This document shows positions 14,103 to 26,300 of a DNA stretch of 64,000 nucleotides, piece by piece (position 1 is the stretch's first letter; the number at the start of each line of letters is the position of its first letter). The notes below the pieces were generated by a model. That model did not search any database, was not told the origin of the DNA, and was given only the letters and a program-made list of their open reading frames with translations. Both the position numbers and the translations under genes were made by a program. Origin of the DNA: Paraspadella gotoi (Eukaryota; Animalia; Chaetognatha); assembly GCA_051294375.1 (NCBI GenBank), contig CM119268.1, forward strand, positions 5,710,950 through 5,774,949, in the 5' to 3' direction.

Positions 14103-15244
14103 GAGAGAGAGAGATGTCAAGTCGCATAGCCTCTTTACTTCTTTCGTTACATAAAAGTTAGTAAATCACCCGTTAAGGGAAATCAAGAAAATATTTTGAG
14201 TGAGAAACAGACGAGAACGCAAATACGAAGTTTGCAGTAAAAAAGAAGATAATATCTGTGAATAAAAGGAAGAAAAAAAAGCATCACGGTTATTACAAAT
14301 TATTTGTATATTTGAAAAATTGAATGGTATTAAAAAAAAAAATTGGAATTTATAAGTTTTTTTTATAATTATATATCTAATGGTTTAATAAAATTTTAAA
14401 TTCTTGCTTAGTATTTGACATCCTCTTTGAATGAAATGATTAAGCGAATGAAACGAATACTTTTTAAATTCCGCTTGTAAACCTTAAACTGTAAACTTTA
14501 ATTTTCATATTGGTTGTACCAATTTTATAAAAAAAAAAAAAAAATTAAGATGACATTTTTTCGTAAAACTATCGTTGACATCAGAAGAAGAAAAAGATCA
14601 ATAATCTCAGAGATTAATTAATCTCTTCTCCTCCTCCCTCCTTCTTTTCTTCTTCTTCCTCTTCCTCCTTTTCTTCTTCAGCCGGGAAACTGGGTTCGGC
14701 CTGAAAGAGACATGAGTTAGAAAGTACTTTGAGAGAAGAGAAAAGAGAGAAAGGAGAAGAAAAGAAAAGAGAAAATAAGAGAAGAGAAGAAAAAAGAAAA
14801 GGAAGTTGATTTATGACTCAATTCTCTTTTGCCAGAAGGGGACGATTTGCGGCGGCGGAGGCGCGGAGGCGGCAGCGGAGCGGCGGCGGAGTGTGAAAGA
14901 TTTTGAAGTTAAAAGTCAGGATATGAACATCGTAAATTCGAGACCGTAAAATAACTTCGCTAAAATTTTAACTTCAGAACGAAATGAAAGCGAATTGTGA
15001 CGTTCAAAATAACGTCCCAATCGACCAGATACTACAGAATCCATCGACCATACTATATCGTTACGTCCCGCGAGGCAAAGAGATTAAATATTACTCCTTT
15101 ATCTTTCCTGGAGATTAAGGAAGATGATGATGATGATGATGATCATATCAAGAACCTGTAAAACTTTCAATCTCGACTGATCATGCGTCTTTCTTTTTTA
15201 CTATCCCGCCCTTCCTTTCTCTCTCTCTCTCTCTTCCTCTCTTT

Positions 15245-15275
<31 letters not shown>

Positions 15276-17629
15276 TCTCTCTCTCTCCTCTTCTTTCCTG
15301 TCTCTCTCTTCTTCCTTTCTTTGTCTCATGTACCTAATTTGAGTTTGAAAACAATAACTTTCTCATTAACTTTTATCTCAACGAGTTCGCATCACTCGCA
15401 TAACCGATGGCTGCTTTTCTTATTACTGACCATGAAAGCCAAATGTTCTGGATCATGTCTTCGTCTGCACCCAACTGGCGCATTGTCTCAGCCCTTCGCA
15501 GTCATAGCGAGGTGAGGAGCGAGAAACCTGTCCATATTTATTACATTTATTATTATTACAATTTACCTTAAATTGCCGCTTTATTTAAATAAATAAGCTT
15601 CTTGTTCCTACTCTTAAACAGGCTAATGTGGATTAACAGGCATCCATCCTCTTCGCAATTTTCATTCAAGATTCTCTAGCATCCGCCTATCGTTATTTTC
15701 AATCCTATGATTTCGTATCTTTTCTTAAGGATAGGGGTCGTAAGCTGTAGCCAAGCCAAGCCGATTTACAAGCCAAGTACACCCTCTTTATTAAAGAAGG
15801 TATGTATGATTATTGATTAGGATTAACCACCAGAAAGAGCCGGATAGGCCTTCGCCAGCGGGCACCGTTTCCCCTCATTTCTCTCATCCTCTTCCCCTCT
15901 CCCGGAGATTCCCTTGAGTCAGTGGTTGGGCTTTTCCTTCACGCCTTTCTCTCTTTCTCTCTCACCAGAACTGCTTCCGTTCAGTTATCATTTGCGGGCT
16001 TTTTTCTTCACAACCGATTATGTCGCTTTACAGTGTATAATTCCCTTTTTCTCAACCTCACCTCGATTTACTTACCGGTTTTTTTTTATTTCGACCTGAG
16101 TGACGTGTGGTGGGCAGTCACTATTATTATTATTATCATTATCTATTACAGTCACTCAATTTAAAATCACGAAAAAGTCTCTCCTCATTTTTAAGAAAAA
16201 GAAGTTAACGTGAAAAAAGATTTATTTCAGCAATTCAAATGTTAGAATTGAGAAAAGGCCATTTTTATATTAATCGAGTGTACGGTTGGGTATAAAAAAG
16301 TAATAATTAAATTTATCGCGAGTGTCTTTTAACGTTGAAAAGATAATTATGTTGACAGTGGAGAAGAAATATGGTATTATGTTTTTTTGAAGTACGATAT
16401 GTCATATATCGATAATAATTATAATAGGTAAATAATAATACTTATTGATTATTAAGGCAATGGAATTGCATAGTTAAAACGTCGGTTCGCAAAAAACAAA
16501 TTATACTCTTGAGGTATATACCTTCGAATTAAGGATTCTTTGAAAAGGAGCTTCTTAAACTTAGTTTATTAATAAAGATTTTATTTATTATCTTTGGAAA
16601 AGTTTGTAAATTTCTTCTGTTAACTTATTTTTCTTTATTCTTATTTCATCAAATTTCTAGATCAAATTTAATTCTTTTTCATACTTTATTCGTTTTCTTT
16701 ATTTTTTTTTCTTTCGCAAGTTAAACTTTCTTCTCTCGATATTTGCTTTGTGCAGCATGTTGACGTCGAATTTGACCGGTAACTTCCAAGCCCCTACTTC
16801 CAAAGTTCACCCCCATAGCCCCACTTCACACCATGCGCCACTTCAAACCATAGTCAACGTCTCTCCTCCTTCTCTCCCAACTCCGCACCTTTCCTTTTTT
16901 CCTTCTCTCCTCGTTTGCAGCTCACGTCTTTCCAAATCTTTTCTTTTAAATATTTTCTTCTTTCCAATTTTGGTCTTCTTCCTTCGTCTGATCGTTTTCA
17001 TCCTCGACCATCAAAAGATTCACAAGTCCTCCTTCCTCCAACCATCTCTCTTTTCTTGTCGATTCCTTCGCCCGACTCTTTTCCTCGTTGCCCATTCTTT
17101 TCTGCTCTCTCTCTTCGCTCCATTTCAACTCGCCTTCTCTTGCTCCTTTTCCTCTGCTCTTTTTCTTTGCTCCTCTTCCCCACTCCCTCTTCCCTTCTTT
17201 CCTGCCGCTCCTCCTCTTGCTCTTCACCCACTACTCCCCACTCACTCGCTCCAACCAATTTCCCACTACTCCCCTGCCCAACGATTCCACTCCTATCCTA
17301 ACTGCTCCTCTACAAGCTCCACCTCCTTCACTCCCTCCCACTCGTCGCACCATATCCATTCAGCGTCCCAACGCCATCCGCAGAATTCCAAATAAAACTG
17401 TTGAAGACGTTGCGTTTCTGTTGGCGTTTGCTGTTGGTCGACGGTCGACGCCTCTCGGTTGTTCGGTCCTTTTCGCATCCGGAGAATGCGAGGCGTGGAG
17501 GAACCCGGGGCGGACGGGCGGGTGGCGGAGGGAGAAAGACCGTAGGGGGTGTAGCTGTGAAAGATGAAAAGGGGATTGGGGTGGTTCTCTCTCTCTCTCT
17601 CCTCTCTCTCTCTTCTCGTCTTCTCTTCT

Positions 17630-17670
<41 letters not shown>

Positions 17671-18693
17671 CATCACGAGGCCGTCTTGACGCTGGAATCG
17701 CGACGTGCCGTTTTGCGAAACCTCGAATGACGCCGATCAGGATCGAGCGCGCCGGCAGAAAAGGCGCCTGGTCTAAAAAGAAAGATATTTTTTGGGGCTA
17801 AGGTAAGATGGTTAAGGCTCGGTGGTACTGCGGTATATTTAGTGGCCAATGCCTTACGACCGATTTGGCGTCCTCTTTCGCCCACCGCAACGCTCTGCCA
17901 GATTGTCGACAGATCTTTTCTGGCGACTGACGAATCCGTTTCGTCTCCTCTGTTCATTTTGGATGCCAACCAACGACCTTCGGGTTCAACTGTGTGAATG
18001 GGATCGTCGAACGGGTGGCTTCGTCGTCTCGTTCGCTAGACGTATTCGTGATCGGGGGCTCAAAAATGCTGCGAAGAGAGGGGGAAGGGGGGGGAGAGGA
18101 GGGAAGAAGAGGGGATAAAGGGAAGGGGAGAAAGAGGGGATAGAGGGGAAGGGGTGAAAGAGGAGATAAAGGGAAAGGGGGAGAAAGACGGGGATAAAGG
18201 GAAAGGTGGAAAAAGAGGGAATAAAGAGAAGGAAGGGCGGAGAACTTGAGAAAATATCAAGAATGGATTGTGGGGCTGTACTATTTTTTTTTTTTTTTGA
18301 AAAAGCTTATCGAATCCATAAATCCCTAATGCATTCAATGCGATTCCTCTAACCTAAAGGCAAACCCAGATCGCTAAAGAATTCCTTAACCCCTACCTGT
18401 TCTGCTTTCGAATTATTTCTGGCCTAATATAAAGTTATGAACTTTAATTTTAGCAAACGCCATATCTGTCTGTTATGATTACTTATTAGGTTTGTGGAAT
18501 CAATTATATTATTTAACTTTAGTGAATGAAACTATAAGTTTCACCGTGACAATAGTTCACCTGTGATTGTAGGACATCAAAGGATTCACGCAACCTTTTG
18601 AAGAGGTGAGCCATCTTTCCGTCACCACGATCCGGGGAGAGAGCAGGAGAGAGAGAGAGAGGAGAGAGAGAGAGGAGAGAGAGAGGAGAGAGA

Positions 18694-18746
<53 letters not shown>

Positions 18747-18961
18747 GAGAGAGAGAAGAAAAGAAGAGAGGAAGAAGAAAAGAAGAAAAAATAGAAAATT
18801 TAAGGCAAAAAAAAAAAGAAGTAAACCACAGGAATAATTTTTGTTTTTAAGTCATCGCCCTCCTACTCTCTCTCTCTCTCTCTCCTCTTCTCTCTCTTCT
18901 CTCTCTCTCTCCTCTCTTCTCGTCATCCTCTCAAGTCTCTCTCTCTTACCTTCTTCTCTCT

Positions 18962-19003
<42 letters not shown>

Positions 19004-19789
19004 ACTCGTCCTCTCTCTCCCCCCTATAAGATTTGCAATTCACGATAGCTATTTCTTCCCCTCTTCTGTATTTCTCTGTATATTTTTTCCCCTCTCTAAA
19101 AAGGAGCCTTCTTGTCTAAGCGTCTCGAGATATCCCGTCTGTCCTTTTCTGAACGTATCAATGCGTTTTCTTTTATCTTCTCACTTTTGCCAAAAAAAAA
19201 AAAAAAAAAACCCAAAAGAAAAAACGAAGAAACAAAATAGCATCGTAGATTCTTGTTTTTTGTTTCAGGCGCTAAAGGTGGGAACAGATTTCCGGCAAAT
19301 TGGCGAATCAAAGAGTAGATGAGAGAGGTTGACCAAAAGTGACACTCTTGCCTTTCGATCGCCTGACCCCTTTGGCCATTATGACCTTTGACCCTTTAAA
19401 ACGCGCTTGATGACCCGAATTCCAATCACCTGTTTTTTTTCTGACCTTTAACCCTTTTTTGGATCACAATCCACACTTTGGCACTATTTTCTAAAACGCC
19501 AAAATTCTGTATTTTTTATCCAATCCCTAACCTAATTCTTATCTTTATCCTCACGCTATCTTTAATCATATCCAAAACCTCTAATCCTAAGCCTCTATCT
19601 AATTCCTAACTTTATCCTCTAACCAATTAATCAACCCTTTAACCTTAAAAATCTAACTCATTGCTAAACTAAAGCAAAGAAATGGGGCGCTGAAGTAATA
19701 TATATCTATCATTCTTCATGTCATTAAAATCATCCATAAACGTCATTTAAATTCCTCATTCGATGCCATTCTAGCCCGATTTATCATCA

Positions 19790-22163
19790 TCATTTTTCAT
19801 CACCTTTTGAATCTTCGGCCGAAAGCGACTGAGTTGCTCTCTTATTCGTCGTCGTCGTCGTCCGTCGTCGTCGTCAATCGTCGGTCTCATCTCCACCTCC
19901 CCTCCCTCCTCTTCCCTCCTCTAAAATCTCGTCCCTGCTCCCATTCCTGACCTTCTCTCCTGCTTTTGCCTCCTTCTCACCCCCGCCCATTAACCCCTCT
20001 TCACCTCCGCCTCCACTCCGCCCCAAGAAAGACATCAACACTCCGATCGCCATGACGACGAAGAACGCCGGCCAGGTGAGGCAGGGTGAGTTCCGTCACG
20101 GATTTGGTCGCCGGCGGCGTAGGAGAATGATGGCGGAACCTTTAGGGTGGGGAGGGTGAGGGACATCGAGAGAAGGGTAAGTTAGTTGGTGATGAGAACG
20201 AAAGAGAAACGTGAGATTTTGCTAACTACCGTATTTATTATTTTTAAAAAAGTGACAACAATTTTCAATTTTACAAAAATCAACTTTTTTTTTTTTTTCA
20301 AAACTTTGTTTAAGTTATAACTAGAATAAGTTTGAAAATTATGAATTAAGATAACAACCGAAGGAAGTTAATAAACTAGACTGCCAGTTTGATTAAAGGT
20401 GTAGGGTCTTGCTGTATGTTATCATTTTGAAAGAGATAAGGAAGCTTAAGTCACCTAGCCTGACCAAAGCCCAGGGCAAGAGAAGCTTATGTATTAAATG
20501 AATACAAATTATTACATTGATTGACCGATCTTCAAAATTTGCAACTCAAAATTGACCTTTTGTCTGTTTTTGATAAAGTTCTCCCTTTCCTCCATTTTCA
20601 AAATGGCGACGGTCAATACGTGACGCATTTCCGATTCCGATCCGCGGAACGCCGATCGGTAGTCCTGACATCGGAAATTTGGGGTTTAAGGTTGTTGTTT
20701 TCCGCTGCTGTTGTTGGTGTTTTTGTTGCTTTTTGACGAATGATGACGACGATAGCAATGACTTTGAATGAAGACGACAATGTTAATGACACGATGTTGA
20801 TAATAACGATGAACGATGAACGATTATCAACGACCAAGATGACGATGACAATCGATGATAATGAGATTAATATTGATTCCTACCGGACGATGTTTTCGAT
20901 GATGATCGATGACGAATTGATTTTGATGACGACGTACAACGACGATGACAACGACGATTTCTCCCACCTTTCCCCCACCCCACCTGCGACCCAAAGACGT
21001 TTCCCACCGACCATCGTATCGCATTCGTGATTCTGCGTGTATTCCGTTATCGAGGCTTTCCCAGATGAAAAGCGTAATCTTTCGCTCTTGACTCTTCTTC
21101 TTCCTTCGTGATCGTTGGGGACCAGGACCGCGCTGTGGCCCCACTTCGCATTTGCTTGTCGCGTTTTGGAAACCTTGATCGGTGAGTGATTGGTGAGGAA
21201 GGCGATATTTAGAGTGCTTTGGTCGGGTTACGCGATGATTGATTGAAATGACAGATAAACCAGGATATCACATCGGTTTTTTACTCGTTTCTTTCTTTCC
21301 TTCCATCTTTCTCCGTTCTGTAGATACCATAGGCCACTGTATCTCCTCCATCCTTTCCTTCCTTTCTTACTCCATTCCTTTATTTCTTTTTCTTTCTATT
21401 TTTACTTTTCTTTCTCCTCTCTGTCCTTTCTTCCTCTTTTCCATTCCTTTTTATCAGATTTTTCCTTCTTTCTCCCTTCCTTCCTCCTTCCTTCCTTCCT
21501 TCCTTCCTTCCTTCCTTCCTTCCTTCCTTCCTTCCTTCCTTCCTTTCTTTTATCTTTCTTATTCCTTTCTCCTGATCCTTCCTTTCCTTTCTCCACTTTC
21601 CTGCCTCTCCTTTTCCACCTTTCTCTCCTGATTCCTCCCTTTCCTTCTCCCTCATTCCTTCCTTTTCTTTCTCCCTCATTCTTCCTTTCCTTTCTCCCTG
21701 ATTCCTCCTTTTCTTTCTCCCCGATTCCTCCCTTTTCTTTTTCCCCATTCCTTCCTTTTCTTCTCCCTCATTCCTTCCTTTTCTTTCTCCCTCATTCCTT
21801 CTTTGCTTTCTCCCTGATTCCTCCCTTTTCTTTCTCCCTCATTCCTTCTTTTCCTCTCCCTCTCCTCCTCCCTCCTTTCCCTTTCTTTTCTCCCTGTTCC
21901 TCCCTTTCCTCTCTCCTCTTCCTCCCCTCCTCCTTTTCCTTCCTTTCTCCCCTCTCCTCTCTCCCCTTTCCTCCATCCCCACTTCTCACCTTGACTCTGC
22001 ATCAAAAACTCGCTGACCGCCGAGGAGGCGACGTCCCGTATTTGATTTCCTTCTGCCCGATGAGATGTGAATGGTCGTTGATCGGCGAACGCGATCTGTT
22101 GCGGCCGTCATGAGGCGGCCATGTTGGCGTGTAGAAGGCGCAGAGGATGAGGGAGACGAACCC
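19790..22163 (-). CDS. iGluR copy C: 3' partial (last four exons: M3-S2, S2, S2 end, M4 plus C-tail), with frameshifting indels
   Basis: Exons at ~21990-22163, ~20984-21172, ~20557-20665 and ~19790-20140 are near-identical to the exons of copies A and B. No 5' exons precede it because the duplication junction lies at ~22277. Confidence 0.8.
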
Positions 22164-22351
22164 CTTTAGAGGGGGGGGGAGTAGGGGGGGTCGGTTTTGG
22201 GGGGGGGACGAAGGAGGGGACGGGTCGACAGGGGCGGGGGGTTAGAGAAATATTGGGAATATATTAGATAAATAGAGCTCTCTCTCTCTCTGTTTCGGTG
22301 AAATCAATTTTCCCGTTTGTGAAATGATGACGCGACATTTCCTTCGTTATT

Positions 22352-22383
<32 letters not shown>

Positions 22384-23353
22384 TTTCGTCGTCGTTTTCG
22401 TCGTCGTCGTCTTTTCGGTCACTGACGTCATTGTCGTTGCTCTCGTCGTTATTATGGTCGTCTTTATTAATCTTGTTATGCCGAATATCGACGAATTAAT
22501 TAAATCGTTAGTTTTAGATATAAAAAAAATTTGAAAAACGCCCCATTTTATCTCATAAAATAATTTCAGAATTAGGTTTTTTTTTAAAAATTCGATAATT
22601 AGGAATTAGGTAAGGGATTTGGATATAGTTTTGGTTAGGGATTTGGGTTAGAGATAAGCAGTGGATAGATATCCCGTGTATTATTATTATATAATAACGA
22701 AAATTAAATCGCCAAACGAATTCTTTAAAAAATCCATTTCCCGCTAAGATATTATTTTTAATTCTTATTTGTAATGTTTCGTTGACCAACGTAACCAAAG
22801 CTTCTCTCTCTATAAAAATTAATGCCACTTTGTACAGTTAACCAATTCGATTCCATTCGCCTTTCTGATTTCAATAAATCCATTCGTCTCATTTTGTTCG
22901 CCATTTATTTATCTCGACCACCTCCACAAAAGGGTTAGGAATCTAAACGGGGCGCTCTAGGGAAATAGTGCCAAAATTTCTTTACTGATCTCTTATACTT
23001 TACCATTTCAATTACGTTATCAATTAAACACTAAATAAAGGATTCGTCAATGTCTTTCTTTTGTCACCCTCTTTTCATTTGTCTTTTGTCATTCTTTTGT
23101 CACCCTCAGTCAGAACAGAGATAGTTTCATCAACAGTCGAACAAAAGACCTTCTCGTCGTCGTCGTCGTCGTNNNNNNNNNNNNNNNNNNNNNNNNNNNN
23201 NNNNNNNNNNNNNNNNNNNNNNNNNNNNNNNNNNNNNNNNNNNNNNNNNNNNNNNNNNNNNNNNNNNNNNNNNNNNNNNNNNNNNNNNNNNNNNNNCGTC
23301 GTCGTCGGGGTCGTCGTCGTCGTCGTTGTCGTCTGCGTCGTCGTCGTCGTCGT

Positions 23354-23387
<34 letters not shown>

Positions 23388-26300
23388 TGAGACGCTCCTA
23401 CGAGAGAGAGAGAGAGAGAGAGAGATGTCAAGCGCATAGCCTCTTTACTTCTTTCGTTACATAAAAGTTTAGTAAATCAACCCGTTAAGGGAAATCAAGA
23501 AAATATTTTGAGTGAGAAACAGACGAGAACCAAATACGAAGTTTGCAGTAAAAAGAAGATAATATCTGTGAATAAAAGGAAGAAAAAAAGCAATCCCGGT
23601 TATTAAAAATTATTTGTATATTTGAAATTGAATGGAATTTTTAAAAAAATCAAAATTGGAATTTATAAGTTTTTTTATAATTATATATCTAATGGTTTAA
23701 TAAAATTTTAATATTCTTGCTTAGTATTTGACATCCTCTTTGAATGAATGATTAAGCGAATGAAACGAATACTTTTTAAATTCCGCTTGTAAACCTTAAA
23801 CTGTAAACTTTAATTTTCATATTGGTTGTACCAATTTTATAAAAAAGAAAAAAAAAATTAAGATGACATTTTTTCGTAAAACTATCGTTGACATCAAGAG
23901 AAGAAAAAGATCAATAATCTCAAGAGATTAATTAATCTCTTCCTCCTCCTCCTCCTCCTTCTCTTCTTCTTCCTCTTCCTCCTTTTCTCTTCCAGCCCGG
24001 GAAACTGGGTTCGGCCTGAAAGAGACATGAGTTAGAAAGTACTTTGAGAGAAGAAAAGAAAAGAGAAGAAAGGAGAAGAAAAGAAAAGAGAAAATAAGAG
24101 AAGAGAAGAAAAAGAAAAGGAAGTTGATTTATGACTCAATTCTCTTTTGCCAGAAGGGGACGATTGCGGCGGCGGAGGCGGCGGAGGCGGCAGCGGAGGC
24201 GGCGGCGGAGTGGTGAAAAGATTTTGAAGTAAAAAGTCAGGATATGACATCGTAAATTCGACCGTAAATAACTTCGCTAAAATTTTAACTTCAGAACGAA
24301 ATGAAAGCGAATTGTGACGTCAAATAACGTCAAAGACAAGAACTACAGCAACAACGACAACAATGTTACTGCTGAGGCCAAAGAGAATTAAATATTATCC
24401 TTTCTACTTTGGAGATTAGGNNNNNNNNNNNNNNNNNNNNNNNNNNNNNNNNNNNNNNNNNNNNNNNNNNNNNNNNNNNNNNNNNNNNNNNNNNNNNNNN
24501 NNNNNNNNNNNNNNNNNNNNNNNNNNNNNNNNNNNNNNNNNNNNNNNNNNNNNNNNNNNNNNNNNNNNNNNNNNNNNNNNNNNNNNNNNNNNNNNNNNNN
24601 NNNNNNNNNNNNNNNNNNNNNNNNNNGTTTGAAACAAAACTTTTTCTCATTAACTTTTATCTCAACGAGTTCCGATCACTCGATAACCGATGCTTTTTAT
24701 TCTGACCATGAAAGACCAAACTGTCTGGATCAGTCTTCGTTGCACACTGGTCGCAAGTATGCCNNNNNNNNNNNNNNNNNNNNNNNNNNNNNNNNNNNNN
24801 NNNNNNNNNNNNNNNNNNNNNNNNNNNNNNNNNNNNNNNNNNNNNNNNNNNNNNNNNNNNNNNNNNNNNNNNNNNNNNNNNNNNNNNNNNNNNNNNNNNN
24901 NNNNNNNNNNNNNNNNNNNNNNNNNNNNNNNNNNNNNNNNNNNNNNNNNNNNNNNNNNNNNNNNNNNNNNNNNNNNNNNNNNNNNNNNNNNNNNNNNNNN
25001 NNNNNNNNNNNNNNNNNNNNNNNNNNNNNNNNNNNNNNNNNNNNNNNNNNNNNNNNNNNNNNNNNNNNNNNNNNNNNNNNNNNNNNNNNNNNNNNNNNNN
25101 NNNNNNNNNNNNNNNNNNNNNNNNNNNNNNNNNNNNNNNNNNNNNNNNNNNNNNNNNNNNNNNNNNNNNNNNNNNNNNNNNNNNNNNNNNNNNNNNNNNN
25201 NNNNNNNNNNNNNNNNNNNNNNNNNNNNNNNNNNNNNNNNNNNNNNNNNNNNNNNNNNNNNNNNNNNNNNNNNNNNNNNNNNNNNNNNNNNNNNNNNNNN
25301 NNNNNNNNNNNNNNNNNNNNNNNNNNNNNNNNNNNNNNNNNNNNNNNNNNNNNNNNNNNNNNNNNNNNNNNNNNNNNNNNNNNNNNNNNNNNNNNNNNNN
25401 NNNNNNNNNNNNNNNNNNNNNNNNNNNNNNNNNNNNNNNNNNNNNNNNNNNNNNNNNNNNNNNNNNNNNNNNNNNNNNNNNNNNNNNNNNNNNNNNNNNN
25501 NNNNNNNNNNNNNNNNNNNNNNNNNNNNNNNNNNNNNNNNNNNNNNNNNNNNNNNNNNNNNNNNNNNNNNNNNNNNNNNNNNNNNNNNNNNNNNNNNNNN
25601 NNNNNNNNNNNNNNNNNNNNNNNNNNNNNNNNNNNNNNNNNNNNNNNNNNNNNNNGTGTCTTTTACGTTGAAAAGATAAATTATGTTGACAGTGGAGAGA
25701 AATATGGTATTATGTTCTTTTGAGTAGATATGTCATATATCGATAAATAATTATAATAGGTAAATAATAATACTTATTGATTATTAAGGCAATGGAATTG
25801 CATAGTTAAAACGTCGGTTCGCAAAAAACAAATTATACTCTTGAGGGTATATACCTCGAATAAAGGATTCTTTGAAAAAGGAGCTCTTAACTTATGTTTA
25901 TTAATAAAGATTTTATTAATTAATTATCTTTGGAAAAGTTTGTAAATTTCTCTCTTGTTAAACTTAATTTTCTTTATTCTTATTTTCATCAAATTTCTAG
26001 ATCAAATTTAATTCTTTTCATACTTTATTCGTTTTCTTTATTTTTTTTTCTTCGCAAGTTAAACTTTCTTCTCTCGATATTTGCTTTGCAGCTGTTGACG
26101 TCGAATTTGACCGTAACTTCCAAGCCCCACTTCAAAGTTCACCCCATGCCCCACTTCACACCATGCCCCACTTCAAACCATAGTCACACGTCTCTCCTCC
26201 TTCTCTCCCAACTCCCGCCTTTCCTTTTTTCCTTCTCTCCTCGTGCAGTCAACGTCTTTCCAAATCCTTTTCTCTTTAAATATTTTCTTCTTTCCAATTT

